A program made the position numbers and the translations under genes. Positions 1-14,789 of a stretch of DNA of 64,000 bases are shown one piece after another. The DNA is from Octopus vulgaris (lineage: Eukaryota): assembly GCA_951406725.2 (NCBI GenBank), contig OX597827.1:45632001-45696000 (forward strand), in the 5' to 3' direction. The notes below the pieces were generated by a model. That model was given only the letters and a program-made list of their open reading frames with translations. It searched no databases and had not been told where the DNA came from. Position 1 is the first letter of the stretch; every line of letters starts with the position of its first letter.

Positions 1-130
1 TAAATCCACTCACAAGGCTTTGGTCGGCTATAGTAGAAGACACTTGCCCAAGGTGCCACGCAGTGGAACTGAACCCCCGGAACCATGTTGTTGGTAAGCG
101 AGCTACTTACCACACAGCCACTCCTACGCC
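1..130 (-). mobile_element. SINE family A, 5' part (tRNA-derived head)
   Basis: Reverse complement GGCGTAGGAGTGGCTGTGTGGTAAG...GGTTCAGTTCCAC...ACCTTGGGCAAGTG; A/B-box-like head matching the full copy at 18361. Confidence 0.9.
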
Positions 131-207
131 TATTTCTTTAAGATGCTCCAACAATTTCCGCTGGGTTTTTGCATTCTTTCTCCAACTAAAAGGAAAATCC
201 AATTCAT

Positions 208-254
<47 letters not shown>

Positions 255-504
255 TTCATTTATTCATTTATTTATTTATTTATTTATTTATATTTGACGC
301 ACCGTATTCAGTACATTTCTCTTTAATTTAATCACGCATTATTGTCAAGTGTCTTCTATTCCTCTACGCTTTCACCGCGGAGGTGAACAGAAAGAGAAGA
401 TGCCAAGGTAGGGGAGACAAATGAATCGGCAGAAGCTTGTCTAGACGTGGCGGCATCGTAGTGGTAGAGATGTCGGGGACGACGACGACGACGACGACGA
501 CGAC

Positions 505-564
<60 letters not shown>

Positions 565-879
565 AATGCTGGGGCTGGGGCTGGGGGTGCTGAGAATGGG
601 GATAGTAATTAGTGAGAGCAGAGAAGAAAGGAATCGGTGCCCGGAATATTTGTAAAATGAGATGTTAGGAACAGGGGTACAGTGGGGTGGGGGTGGGGGT
701 GTTTCAGTCGCGCTGCTTCGGCTGCTGCTGCTGCTGTTGCAAGCAAACATAATTTAAGGTGTGGGTAAAAATTTTCTCCATGACAGAAAGCGTACAGTGA
801 ATGGCGGCTTTCTTACGGTTTCGTGTAAATATGCATACATACATGCATGCATACATACATACATACATACATACATACA

Positions 880-914
<35 letters not shown>

Positions 915-1094
915 GTGTGTGCGTTTATGTGTGTGTGCGTTTATGTGTGTGTATGTATGCATATGTATATATATATATGTATGTATGTACGTGTATATAT
1001 ATTTACGTATGTATATACATACATATGTGTATATATGTATATATATATATGTATATATATATATGTATATATATATATTATATATATAACTATT

Positions 1095-1303
1095 TTGCTT
1101 ATGACCTCGTCTGTATCACTAGCGATTTTTCCCCCTGTCTTCCCTTCTCGGGATCTTTCCTTCTCCTATGTTTCCGACGAAGAGCTCCGCTCGAAACGTC
1201 AAACCCTCCTTCTTCCCTTCTTTCCTGAGCGTCCAATAATACTTTATTTGTTTCACGTCTTGCGTTGTTGTTTTTTTGTTTTTGTTTTCTTGTTTGGATT
1301 AAC
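1095..1303 (+). mobile_element. Penelope-like terminal-repeat fragment with minimal hammerhead motif
   Basis: Contains the fold at 1170-1204; shares TTCCTGAGCGT and a T-rich tail with copies at 36840, 44157 and 54790; abuts (TA)n. Confidence 0.6.
1170..1204 (+). ncRNA. Minimal type I hammerhead-like motif (U4C core variant)
   Basis: gttt-CCGACGA-a-gagc(tcc)gctc-GAAA-cg-TC-aaac; stems I and II pair perfectly. Confidence 0.65.
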
Positions 1304-1349
1304 TATATATATATACATACGTACGTACGTATATGCATACATACATACA

Positions 1350-1380
<31 letters not shown>

Positions 1381-1427
1381 GTGTGTGTGTTTGTGTGTGT
1401 GTGTGTGCATATATGCATTTGTATGTT

Positions 1428-1491
<64 letters not shown>

Positions 1492-1599
1492 AGTGTGTAT
1501 ATATATGTATGTATATATGTCTGTATATATATATGTATGTATGTACGTGTATATATATTTACGTATGTATATACATACATGTGTACATATGTATATATA

Positions 1600-1641
<42 letters not shown>

Positions 1642-1794
1642 CATACATACATACATACATATAACTATGCGTTAAAATATATACCCTTCCCTTTTCCCTT
1701 GTATTTTGAAACAGAAGAATCGACAACAGTCACCATCTCACAGATTAATTAGCATAAATTATGCAATTGCCTAAGAGAGTTAATATATTAATAT

Positions 1795-1969
1795 GCATGG
1801 CTGTGTGGTTTAGAAGCTCGCTTTGCAGCCAAGCTGTTTCGGTTTCAGTCCCACTACGAAACACATTGGGAAAGTGTCTTCTACAATAGTCCGGCCGACC
1901 AAAGCCTTCAAAGGGAATTTGGTAGACAGAAACTGAGGAAACGTCTATTGTGTACACACGCACACACGC

Positions 1970-2012
<43 letters not shown>

Positions 2013-2020
2013 ATGTGTGT

Positions 2021-2097
<77 letters not shown>

Positions 2098-2358
2098 TAC
2101 GACAGGTTTCATTCAGTTTACATATACATATACATATACATACATACACACACACATAGATGTATGTTTGTGTCCTTATTTGGACATATGTATGTGTCCC
2201 ATCACCGCTTGAAAATCTGTGTTGGTTTGTTTACGTTCCCGTAAACAAAAAAGACCGACAGAATAAGCACTAGGCTTAAAATAATAAGTACTAGGGTCGA
2301 CTTGTCTACACAGCGATGCTCCTGCATGGCCTCATTGTAAAGACTGAAAAAAATGAAA
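1795..2358 (+). mobile_element. SINE family A, diverged, with expanded internal microsatellite
   Basis: Head TGGCTGTGTGGT..., body GATTTGGTAGACAGAAACTG-like, tail CATGGCC...GACTGAAA. Confidence 0.8.
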
Positions 2359-3742
2359 GGAAAATACCAAGTTAGTCTGGTGGTTGAAAAGAGTTGCGAA
2401 TGTGAATGATATACGATCCATGGAAGACAGGGAAATACACATATAATACACAGGACAGGCAAAGGGTTAGGATGTTAACGGCGATAAACTTGGCATGTAG
2501 AGTTTACTTGGTGGCTTTCCTACATTTTCGGTTACAACTCATTCATCATTTAACTGGTTCACATTTGTTCTGTCATCTACAAAATAACAAAAAGTGACAA
2601 CGTTACAAAAGAAATATCTTTTTTAAAAAATGGCATTATGTTATGTGAAAAACAATACTTTTGTCAATACGAAAGGGCGGCTAGTAAAAGCAGTCTAACT
2701 CACTAGGAATTCAAATTGACAAAATAGAAGACACTGAGAAGTTATTTTTTTCAATTTTTTTATTTTGTTTTAATAGTCAGGTTCTTTTTATTTGTATTTA
2801 TTTTACTGTACAATTAAATCGTTCTTATTTTGCACAAAAACTTGAATTTATGTGACTAAATATCGACATGCCTTGCTGACTAACTGCCAAGTCTATGCAG
2901 CAGAGATCGGAATGGCATTCATGCCATAGTTTCGGTCGTATTTTTCTGATAAAAAATACAAAAGAATAAATAAAAATATAAATATATACAAAAGAAGATT
3001 TTTATGCAATTGTGTATGAACCACATTGTTGAGACGTTAGCAAATCATTTCCAGCTTTCATTATGAAGTGTTATAAAACCTTTTTATTATTTGAGATGAA
3101 TATTTTTTCCAGAAAGAACATGGATAACAAAAATTCAACGAAAATAGGACTTTGCCAGGAGCGCTGGTATCTACAAACGCCATCTTGGCTTTTACCCACA
3201 TAATACCGCTGATATCTACCAACGCCGACATCTTGGTTTTCGCCCAAATAATTCTGCGATTACGTGACAATCGTGCTAGATACCGTAGCGTGTAACCTCA
3301 AATTCCAAAACCCTGGAGTATGAAAACCGAGAAATAATAGAAAATATTTGATGTCTTATTATTATTATTATTTGCAGTTTTTATAACAGATTACCGTGCA
3401 AATTTTATCGATGTAAGTTAATCAGATTTGTAATATATATATATATTTCAGGAATTATCGTGGATGAATTGAGTTACCTTCGGTTTTATTGCACGAAACA
3501 GCTGCTTCAAAAGATTTATATGCATACATAACATTCACACACACACAAACATTGTATATACATATAGACACATACATTTAAGCGTGTGCTTGTGTGCCTG
3601 TGTGTGTGTGAGCGGGTGTGTATTCCGATACCACTTTTCGGTTATCTTCTTTATAGAAAATGACCCAATACTCTGATTAAAGCTAAACGAATGTAATCTA
3701 ATTGTCTAATATACATGACATGATACAAACGTAAAATGGACT

Positions 3743-4374
<632 letters not shown>

Positions 4375-4669
4375 GCGTAGAAGCATTGATGAGAAATTTA
4401 AAATGAATATCTGTTCAGCCTCTACATATGGCACCGTGTTTCGACGGTGATTGAATTAGGAATCGAAACACGACGCTATTCCTGGGCTAATTTGATATTT
4501 ATCTTAATATTAATGTTCGCATTTTCTATTGAATTTGGCGTGTGTCTACATGCGCTCACACGCAGGCATGTGCATGATATATTCATTATGAATATATGAT
4601 TATACATACATGCATACATACATACATACATACATACATACATACATACATACATACATACATTCATAC

Positions 4670-4755
<86 letters not shown>

Positions 4756-5039
4756 ATATTCCCCTGTCTCTTACTTTTCCTCCTTACACGCCTTTTCAAT
4801 ATGTCTCCTTTTCATATATGTAAATATACATATATAACAAATATGTGTGTGTGTTTGTGTATACATACAAACACACATGTATATATACACGTGCTCATAC
4901 ACTGCCGCGCCTCCTCACTTCTAAACTCTACCCACATTGAATCGCATTCTCACTTGGTTTCCAGCCCCACATATTTTGTGTGTGTGTGTGTCTTTTGCAT
5001 TCTCCAGTCAGCTACTTTCCCCCTTTTTCATTTTGCTTT

Positions 5040-5075
5040 TCGTCTGATGAAAGACTAATACCTGAAACGTCAAGA
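5040..5075 (+). ncRNA. Degenerate minimal hammerhead-like motif
   Basis: tcgt-CTGATGA-aagactaatacct-GAAA-cg-TC-aaga; core intact, stems I and II imperfect. Confidence 0.45.
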
Positions 5076-5844
5076 TTCATTCCATTTCTGTTGCACATTA
5101 CGCTAATACAATATTCCTTAAGGCCTTTCTCTTGTGAGGTGTCTTTTTTCTTCTTGTTTTTGTACATTGCACAATATATGTCTATACATACATAAATATA
5201 AATACATACATGTATATATGTAAGCATGTACATATGTGTGTATGTATGTATGTATGTATGTATGTATGTATGTATGTATGTATGTATGTATGTATGTATG
5301 TATGTATCTATGTTTGTACGTTTATATATGTGTTGGTATGTATGTATATATGTATGTGTATATCCGTCTGTGTGTCTGTATGTATATATGGATGTATATG
5401 TGTATGTATGGATGTATGTATGTACGTATGCATGACTGTGTGTATGTATTGTGATTATGCACAACACAGCGTGAACATAAGATATTAAGTATTTTGGAAA
5501 ATTACAAGCCAACCCGTGGAGAAATAAAAATATAAACACATTCTTACTTGGTGTTTGATGTGGAAGAGCAGAGAGTGATCTCCTAACAGTCCGACTCATG
5601 GTTAGTTGACCGCTCTTCAGAGAAGACATATATGAATGTATTCTATATATATATATATATATATATAGCTAAATGAGACTCAGGACTGAAATGGATTTTT
5701 TAATACTACAAAAACTCAATACTGAGTGTGATTTGAAAAACTAAATCTGGCTAGAAGGGTCCCCCGTGTCGCCACTGTTCAGTGCCTCAAGCAATGGAAA
5801 GACTATATGTATATAGATAGGTAGGTAGGTAGATCGATCGATCA

Positions 5845-5943
<99 letters not shown>

Positions 5944-6066
5944 TGCATGCACGTGATAGGAAACACCTACATAGCTAGAAATAAGAGTTAAAATGCTTTA
6001 ATGCTGTAGTTAACGCACCTGAATGAAAACATATACACTAACAAGGATCTTAATTGTCTGAAAACT

Positions 6067-6147
6067 GCCGATCGAGAATTCTAAATACTGACGTCAGTTT
6101 CGGCAATTTCCGTTGTCTCATCAGTTAAGACCGCTCGATTGTTCGGC
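6067..6147 (-). ncRNA. Full type I hammerhead ribozyme
   Basis: Reverse complement: gccg..atcgag-cgg-tcttaa-CTGATGA-gacaa(cggaaa)ttgcc-GAAA-ctg(acgt)cag-TA-tttaga-att-ctcgat-cggc; complete core, three stems, extended stem I with internal loop. Confidence 0.8.
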
Positions 6148-6324
6148 TTTTTCCAACTCCAGACAACACCCGCCACCACCCAGAAAAACAAGAAACTTTG
6201 TTTAGTCATGATGAATTTAGCAAAAAGAAATAAGAAAGGCTTTTAATTCTCACAAAGCACCAACTACTGCTATTACCCCCAGGGCACAACCACACACCAT
6301 TACTGTCATTAACCCACAAACTCA

Positions 6325-6635
6325 ACTCTGTAATGATGCCGAATATACAAGATCCTTCGCACTTCACAAATTGAACAAAAGTATCATATCTTAAAGACCT
6401 TGCACAGCGAGAAAAGACATTATGTGTGTCGCAAAGTGAAACGCACCTGGCCGTAGATACATTAGATGCGGAAGTACATATATCAGGTTATGTACTACTC
6501 AGAACTGACCATATAATTCGGAAACAAGGAGAAATATCGATCTTCATCCAAGAAGACCGAGCAACAAATGTCCTCCTCTCTCACTTCAGCACAGTGTGTG
6601 ATACACTAAAAATGCATGTGATTGACCTCAATTTG
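6325..6635 (+). mobile_element. Decayed LINE APE-type endonuclease N-terminus (CR1/L2 group)
   Basis: ORF 6426-6653 SETHL...EVHISGYVLLRTDH...KQGEISIFIQE resembles the xETW/H...I.GY...R.DR...GGV.IY motifs of LINE endonucleases. Confidence 0.75.
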
Positions 6636-7103
6636 ATATATATATATATGTAAAAAATTTCTATCGGCCAGCTTCCCTCGATTTCTGCTCTTCGTGTTTT
6701 TCTGTAGCGAGTAAATAATATGTGGAAATTGACGATTTAAAAGTCTGTTAACAGCATGTTGGCATAGAAATAATTTTCTTTAGCCCTTATTTATAAGCTG
6801 CTTATAATTTTAACCTTAAAGATATTTTAATATGCTGCCACATTTTTTTATGGAATTTTTTTCTGTAAAAAAACTTCATCCTATATTAGTAGTATATATA
6901 TATATATTAATTGTCCTGTACTCTATTTTTTGTTGTTTTTAAAAAAATGTCCTGTTCCTTTGGTTTGTGTCTATGTTTTCGTTTCTCATTGTGTTCGACG
7001 TCCTTTTGGTGTCCTGTACTCATATATGCGTGTATATGTACATGTAGAGGTAGGTACGTACATATATGTTTATATATATGCATATGTTTTATTTTATTTA
7101 TTA

Positions 7104-7154
<51 letters not shown>

Positions 7155-7999
7155 TCTTTTCAATTCTCACGAGAAAAAATAATTCATGAAAATATAATTT
7201 GCGAAGATATCATTGACTCTCTTATTTTCTAGTGTAACAATTTAAAAATGATAACAACAGAATCAATAATATAAGCGACTGCAGGCCCCCAAAAAGCATC
7301 AAATTAATCAAAGGACGTAGACATACATAGTATGTCCTTTGATTAATATATATGTGTGTGTTGTGCGTACGCGCGTGTATGTGTATGCATATGCATGCAT
7401 ACATATAATATAATGCAACATACTATATAATATAGCCATTATGTATATCATCCATTTCTATAGGATGGCTCGTCATGTAAAAAATACGGTGACGGGATGT
7501 TGATGCAGCAACAAGTATTGGAATGTCTCTCTGGTGTCGCTGCAGTAGTCTTAATCGATGAGCCCTTTGGGTGGTAGGTTGAAGGTAGTGGAGAGGTTCA
7601 TGGTATTAGAGAGAAGTGCAGCGGGGGGCGGGATCAGGACTCATTGTTGATCGGGATTCGGTATAGACAGATTTACGGCGCAAGGTGAAGCGGTGAGTAA
7701 GCTTGTAAGTAGGCTTGTGTGTGTGCGCGCGTGTGTTGCGTCCACGTGCGCGTGTGTGTGTGCGCGTGTGTTGCGTCCACGTGTGCGTGTGTGTGTACAC
7801 GTACGCGATCACGTGGCATGAGAGTTGTGAGTGGCTTTGGAGGTTGTTAGATGTGGTGGTGGTGGAGGAGGTCGGGTTGTACTTGTGGGTGTATACAAGA
7901 CTAAGGTATATTAGTGTTAGTGATGGGGGTTCTGCTTGTGTGTATTTATGTGCGTTAGAATACGTATACATGCATATACATTTATAAATACATATACAT

Positions 8000-8037
<38 letters not shown>

Positions 8038-8071
8038 TTACATATACATACATATATCTACATACACACAT

Positions 8072-8148
<77 letters not shown>

Positions 8149-8174
8149 CGTATACATACATATATATTCTTTAT

Positions 8175-8365
8175 TCTTTTACTTATTTCCGTTATTTGAG
8201 AGCGGTCATCCTGGAGCACCACCTTTAGTCGAAAAAATCGATCCCAGGACTTATTCTTTGTAAGCCTAGTACTTATTCTATCAGTGTCTTTTGCCGAACC
8301 GCTATGTTACGGGAACGTAAACACACCAACATCGGTTGTCACACCATGGTGGGGGAACAAATACA
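8175..8365 (-). mobile_element. SINE family A, 3' half
   Basis: GGAGCACCACCTTTAGTCG...CCAGGACTTATTCTTTGTAAGCC. Confidence 0.85.
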
Positions 8366-8391
8366 GTCACACGCACATACGTGTATATGCA

Positions 8392-8444
<53 letters not shown>

Positions 8445-8471
8445 ATATATATATATACATATATATATATG

Positions 8472-8502
<31 letters not shown>

Positions 8503-8859
8503 ATGTGACTATGTTTGCTCCCCCACCATCGCGTGACAACCGATGCTGGTGTGTTTACGTCTCCGTAACATAGCATATATATATATATGTATATATATAC
8601 ACATACATATATACATTTATATATATGTCTATACATATGCTTATAAATGTATATTGTATGTGTGTGTATGTATGTGTGTATATATATATATGTATATATA
8701 AATTGAGAGATATGAATAAACACTCTCATTGGTCACAACAACTTTATAACATTCCCATATTATCATAAACCGAATATAAATATATATTAATTTCTAATCT
8801 AGTCACAAGGCCCAAAACTTTTGGGGAGGGGATGCAATCAATTAGACAAACCCCAGCTT

Positions 8860-9840
8860 AATTTAACGACCCCAAAACGATGAAAGGCAAAGTCGACCTC
8901 GGCGGAATTTGAACTTGGAACATAAAGACAGACGAAGTACCTATGTCTTTACTACCCACAAGGGGCTAAACACAGAGAGGACAAACAAACGGATTAAGTC
9001 GATTATATCGACCCCCAGGAGAGGGGCGTGGTGATCAACAATGAGTCCTGATCCCGCCCCTGCTGCACTTCTGTCTAATACCATGAACCTCCCCACTACC
9101 TTCAACCTACCACCCAAAGGGCTCATCGATTAAAACTACTGCAGCGACACCAGAGAGACATTCCAATACTTGTTGCTGAATCAACATCCCGTCACCACAT
9201 ATGACGAGACATCCTATAGAAATGGATGATTTACATAATGGCTATTTTATATTATGTTATATATTTAATCGACCCCGAAAGGATGAAAGGCAAAGTCGAC
9301 CTCGGTGGAATTTGAACTCAGAACGTAACGGCAGACGAAATACCTATGTCTTTACTACCCACAAGGGGCTAAACACAGAGAGGACAAACAAGGACAAACA
9401 AACGGATTAAGTCGATTATATCAACCCCAGGAGAGGGGCGTGGTGATCAACAATGAGTCCTGATCCCGCCCCTGCTGCACTTCTGTCTAATACCATGAAC
9501 CTCCCCACTACCTTCAGCCTACCACCCAAAGGGCTCATCGATTAAGACTACTGCAGCGACACCAGAGAGACATTCCAATACTTGTTGCTGAATCAACATC
9601 CCGTCACCACATATGACGAGACATCCTATAGAAATGGATGATTTACATAATGGCTATTTTATATTATGTTATATATTTAATCGACCCCGAAAGGATGAAA
9701 GGCAAAGTCGACCTCGGTGGAATTTGAACTCAGAACGTAACGGCAGACGAAATACGTATTTCTTTATTACCTACAAGGGGCTAAACACAGAGGGAACAAA
9801 CAAGGACAGACATAGGTATTAAGTCGATTACATCGACCCC
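8860..9840. repeat. 412-bp tandem duplication (~2.4 units) of SINE-B fragment plus inverted local segment
   Basis: Near-identical ORFs at 9201 and 9613, offset 412 bp. Confidence 0.9.
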
Positions 9841-9989
9841 AGTGCGTAACTGGTACTTAATTTATCGACCCCGAAAGGATGAAAGTCAAAGTCGACCTCG
9901 GTGGAATTTGAACTCAGAACGGAACGGCAGACGAAATACCACTAAGCATTTCGCCCGGCATGCTAACGTTTCTGTCAGGTCGCCGCCTT
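9755..9989 (-). mobile_element. SINE family B (tRNA-like head; GCCTTTCATCCTTTCGGGGTCGATAAA central domain)
   Basis: Reverse complement GGCGGCGAxCTGxCAGAAACGTTAGC...GAGTTCAAATTCC; central block resembles the Meta/MESC SINE domain (from memory). Confidence 0.85.
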
Positions 9990-10340
9990 TAATATATTAA
10001 AAACATATATTAAAACGTCAGGGCAACCCAATAGTATAAAATATACACATATACACGAATAAAAGATGATAAAACCTAAAAGGGTAATAACTTAAGATGT
10101 CAAAGTTTATGGGCGCCTTGGGGTTTTTATATATATTTATATTCGATTTATGATAATATAGGAATGTTATAAAGACGTTTTGACTATTTAGAGCGTTGTT
10201 TATTCATTATACCTTTCAATTTACTTCTCCTTTCGCCTAAAGTGTTAGCTGACCACTTCCAGCTGCAGTCCTATTTCTATCCTTCGATTTAACGAAGTTA
10301 TAAAATTATCCTCCTGTCTATCTATCTATCTATCTATCTA

Positions 10341-10384
<44 letters not shown>

Positions 10385-10461
10385 TATATATATGTATGTA
10401 TATATATATGTATATATATATATATACACATATACATATATATATATATATACATATATAC

Positions 10462-10514
<53 letters not shown>

Positions 10515-10574
10515 GCATATAATATACACGCTTACACGCTCTCAAACACACATACACACAGACACACACACACA

Positions 10575-10633
<59 letters not shown>

Positions 10634-10981
10634 CACACAATATGAGCGCGCAAGCACATACGCATGCATAAATATATATAAATATATACAAAATATATTG
10701 CTTGTTGCGTTGTGTAAGTCCTATTCTACACTCTGCTTTGCAGCCAGCTCCCATTTTCCAGATTTTTTTGTTCCCTATCCTCTCCCGCTTCCTTTTTCCC
10801 ACTCTTCATTTCACTGCTCCACGCCGACCGAGCACTGTTGCGAAGTTTCCTCTTCTCTCACCGCCCACTGCGTAGAGGCGTTGAGAATGGCACAGCAGGG
10901 AATGGGCGGAGAGGAATCGGTTGTAGGGCGTGGTGATCAACAATACAGCAGAGGGGAAAATACCTAACATCGCATTCTTCA

Positions 10982-11086
<105 letters not shown>

Positions 11087-11102
11087 ACATGTATACAGAT
11101 AT

Positions 11103-11350
11103 ATGTGGCCGTGCAGTAAGAACCTTGCTTCCCAACCACATGGTTCCGGGTTCAGTCCCACTGCTCGGCACCTTGAGCAAGTGCCTTCTACTATAGCCTC
11201 GGGCCGACAGAAGCCTTGTGAGCGAATTTGGTAGACGAAAACTGAATGAGACCTGGAGTGGGGCGGTGAGTGTGTGTCGGTGTTTGTTCGAGTTAAAGGC
11301 GGTGCTCCAGCATGGCCGCAGTCAAATGACTGAAACAAGTGGATAAAAAT
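11103..11350 (+). mobile_element. SINE family A, internally deleted
   Basis: Head, body and AAGGCGGTGCTCCAGCATGGCCGCAGTCAAATGACTGAAACAAG tail. Confidence 0.85.
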
Positions 11351-11367
11351 AAAAAGAATATATATAC

Positions 11368-11417
<50 letters not shown>

Positions 11418-11464
11418 GCATGTATATTTGTCTTAATATATCTGTGCGTGCGTACATATATCAA

Positions 11465-11497
<33 letters not shown>

Positions 11498-11675
11498 TAT
11501 TGTTTTATTCTTTTATTCTTTTACTTGTTTCAGTCATTTGACTGCGGCCATGCTGGAGTACCGCCTTTAGTCGAATGAATCGTCCTTGTTTTTTTGTGTC
11601 GTCTATCTGGATGTTTTGTTGTCCCTTTTTGTATCACCTAGTTGTCCGGATGTTTTGCGTTCTTGTTCCATTTTG

Positions 11676-11730
<55 letters not shown>

Positions 11731-12330
11731 CACACACACACAAATGGAACAAAAACGCAATAGAGGGCATTAAAACGTTCAGACAGATAGACGGTACAAA
11801 GGCGGACAAGAGAAACAACAATTAGAAGGACAGGCAAAAAAAGACGGGTCATTTTTGGCTTTCTTTCATCAGAAAAGTCCCAGAAGTCACGACTATTTCG
11901 GGCAGTTACACTTGAGATGGTTCGATCTGGTTGCCCCCCAAAAAGTTTAAGCTAAGACCATTAGACTCCTTTGTAAGAAAGCCAGCGAATGTGTACGGCA
12001 ACAAAGACAAAAAAAATAATAAACAAACAAAAACGGAGAACATGTTACATAATTACGAATACAAACAACAAGAATTAACAACAGGCGTCTTTCGACTGAA
12101 AACGAAGCAAATTGAGCTGGCGTGTATGAAGTGAAAGCCTGAAGGCAGCAACATGGGAGATGGACACAAGAGGTGCTGACGGTCGGCAGTCAGGCCAAGA
12201 AAGAATGATCATGGCTGGCCGGACACCGGTCACATGGAAGGAGGAGAGATGGGTAAGGGACAGTGGGATTGAAGAATTTTTAAAAAATCAGAGACAAAGA
12301 GAAAGGTACAGGGGAGATAAACGAGTGGGA

Positions 12331-12478
<148 letters not shown>

Positions 12479-13318
12479 TATGGATTCAAGTAATTCGGTA
12501 GTATTCATAAAAATTAATTTTAATATATCATTCTCCAAAACATATAAAGTATATAGTAATAGAAACAATAAGGAGTGTATAAAGTTACAAATGACGAGAG
12601 AAAATAGTATGATGAAAATTTAATAAACTATAAGAAAATTCAAATATGACGACAAATTGTTTCGTAACTTAAAGCATGTAGAGATAATTTATATTATAAT
12701 ATTTAACAATAAATAAATTATCTACGTGTCTGCACTAAATAGTCGGTTGTGGTAGGACAGTTGGCAAGCCTCTAGCATATGCAGGCTTGTATAGAGAATA
12801 AGTGGGATACAAATAATCGATGATTGAATTTTATTAATTCCATGTATGCAATACGTTTTGCTCTGTATGAACATTATAAATTAATCTTAATAAGATTACA
12901 GGTGATGTACACCTCCAGTACGAAAGCAGCTTACGTAGCTTAGTACGCAATAATTAAGTAGGTGATTGAAGGGAAAGGAAGAAGTAGTTATGTAATACAT
13001 ACGTCTCAAAAACGTATGGGATCTATATTTTTTTACACTGAAGCTGTTACATAAGTTTACATCCCATCGTTAGGTATAATTATTTTATCGTATGCAATCA
13101 TTTGTCGTTGTATCTGTATGTATGTGTGCGCATCTGTGTACCTATATATATATATATATATATACATATATATATGTATATGTGTGCTATGCACACATAC
13201 ACGCACACATAATTGCTAATCGGCTGAAGTTAGAGTGATTCAAGGGACTAGAGTTTCGTATATTGACACTTATCTGTAAAATGATGATGATGATGATGCT
13301 GATAATAATAATAATAAC

Positions 13319-13389
<71 letters not shown>

Positions 13390-13400
13390 TAATAATAATG

Positions 13401-13479
<79 letters not shown>

Positions 13480-13696
13480 TCCTTTCTACAAAAGACACAA
13501 AACCAGAAATTCGGTGGTGGGGTCTAGTCGATTACGTCGACGCCAGTATTTCACTGGTACTTAGTTTATCAACCCCGAAAGGGTGAAAGGCAAAGGCAAA
13601 GTCGACCCAACCGAATTTGAACTCAGAACGTAGCGACGTGCGAAATACCGCTAAGCATTTCGACCAGCGTGCTAACAATTCTCCCAGTTCGCCACC

Positions 13697-13777
<81 letters not shown>

Positions 13778-13965
13778 GTTTCAAATTTTTCCACAATGGC
13801 AACAATTTTTGGGAGGGGTGAGTCGATTATAGTGACCCCAGTGCGTAACTGGTACTTATTTAATCGATCCCGAAAGGATGAAAGTTAAGGTCGACCTCGG
13901 TAGAATTTGAACTCCGAACGTAGCAACGGGCGAAATACCGCTAAGCATTTCGTCCGGTGCGCTAA

Positions 13966-13968
<3 letters not shown>
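13480..13968 (-). mobile_element. Two SINE family B copies separated by (AAT)n
   Basis: Copies at ~13480-13697 and ~13775-13968 with CCCGAAAGG(A/G)TGAAAG..GTCGACC. Confidence 0.85.
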
Positions 13969-14056
<88 letters not shown>

Positions 14057-14789
14057 GTGTATGTATGTATGTATGTATGTATGCATGTATGTATGTATGT
14101 ATGTATGTATGTATTTTTGTATGCGTGCGTATATATTATTTTATGATGAGCCATCCACATAAATGGGAATGTGTTTTTTGGTGATGACTGTTGATGCAAG
14201 CAACAAGTATTGGAATGCTTCTCTGATGTCGCTGATGTAGACTTAATCGATGTTAGCTGAGGATGGTTTGTAATAGATGGGGAGGGATAGATTAGTCGGT
14301 TGTGTGTGTTGGGGGGTGGGAGGGACGGGAGTGTGCTTGTTGATCTGAATTATGTATTGAAATGCTGTGAGGTGAAGGAATATCTATGTTTCGTTTTATC
14401 CGCGCGTGTGTGTTGTTAGATATCGCTGTTTATGTGTTTTTGTCTATGTGACGAGAATGCGTGTCTGTGGCGAGCAACATTATTGTTGTTTAGCTCTGGG
14501 TCAGCCCTGACCAGGCAAGGCTGTAATCTAAAGCGCTCTATTTGTGACCGTCATACCTTATTTTCATTCATAATGTATCTGGGACTATGTTAATCTATGT
14601 GCCCTTTTTTTCAAGGTTTTGATAGATGTGGAGATGGCTGTTGCTGTTGTACCTGTTGTGGTGTCGGTCTTCTCGTTGTTTTGCCCCAGGTCAGCCCTGA
14701 TCGAGCAGACTTAATAATCAAAGATGTTCCAGTCATGACCATTCCGTTTTCCCAATACCATATTTTCTACACCATTAAACTCAAAGATG

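Noticed and set aside
63-2244. Many overlapping ORFs rich in YI/HT/VC (also throughout the window)
   Set aside because: Translations of (TA)n, (TACA)n and (TG)n microsatellites; not genes.
7512-7521. CAAGTATT loop as a rolling-circle origin nonanucleotide
   Set aside because: Lacks the terminal AC of NANTATTAC and there is no Rep ORF nearby.
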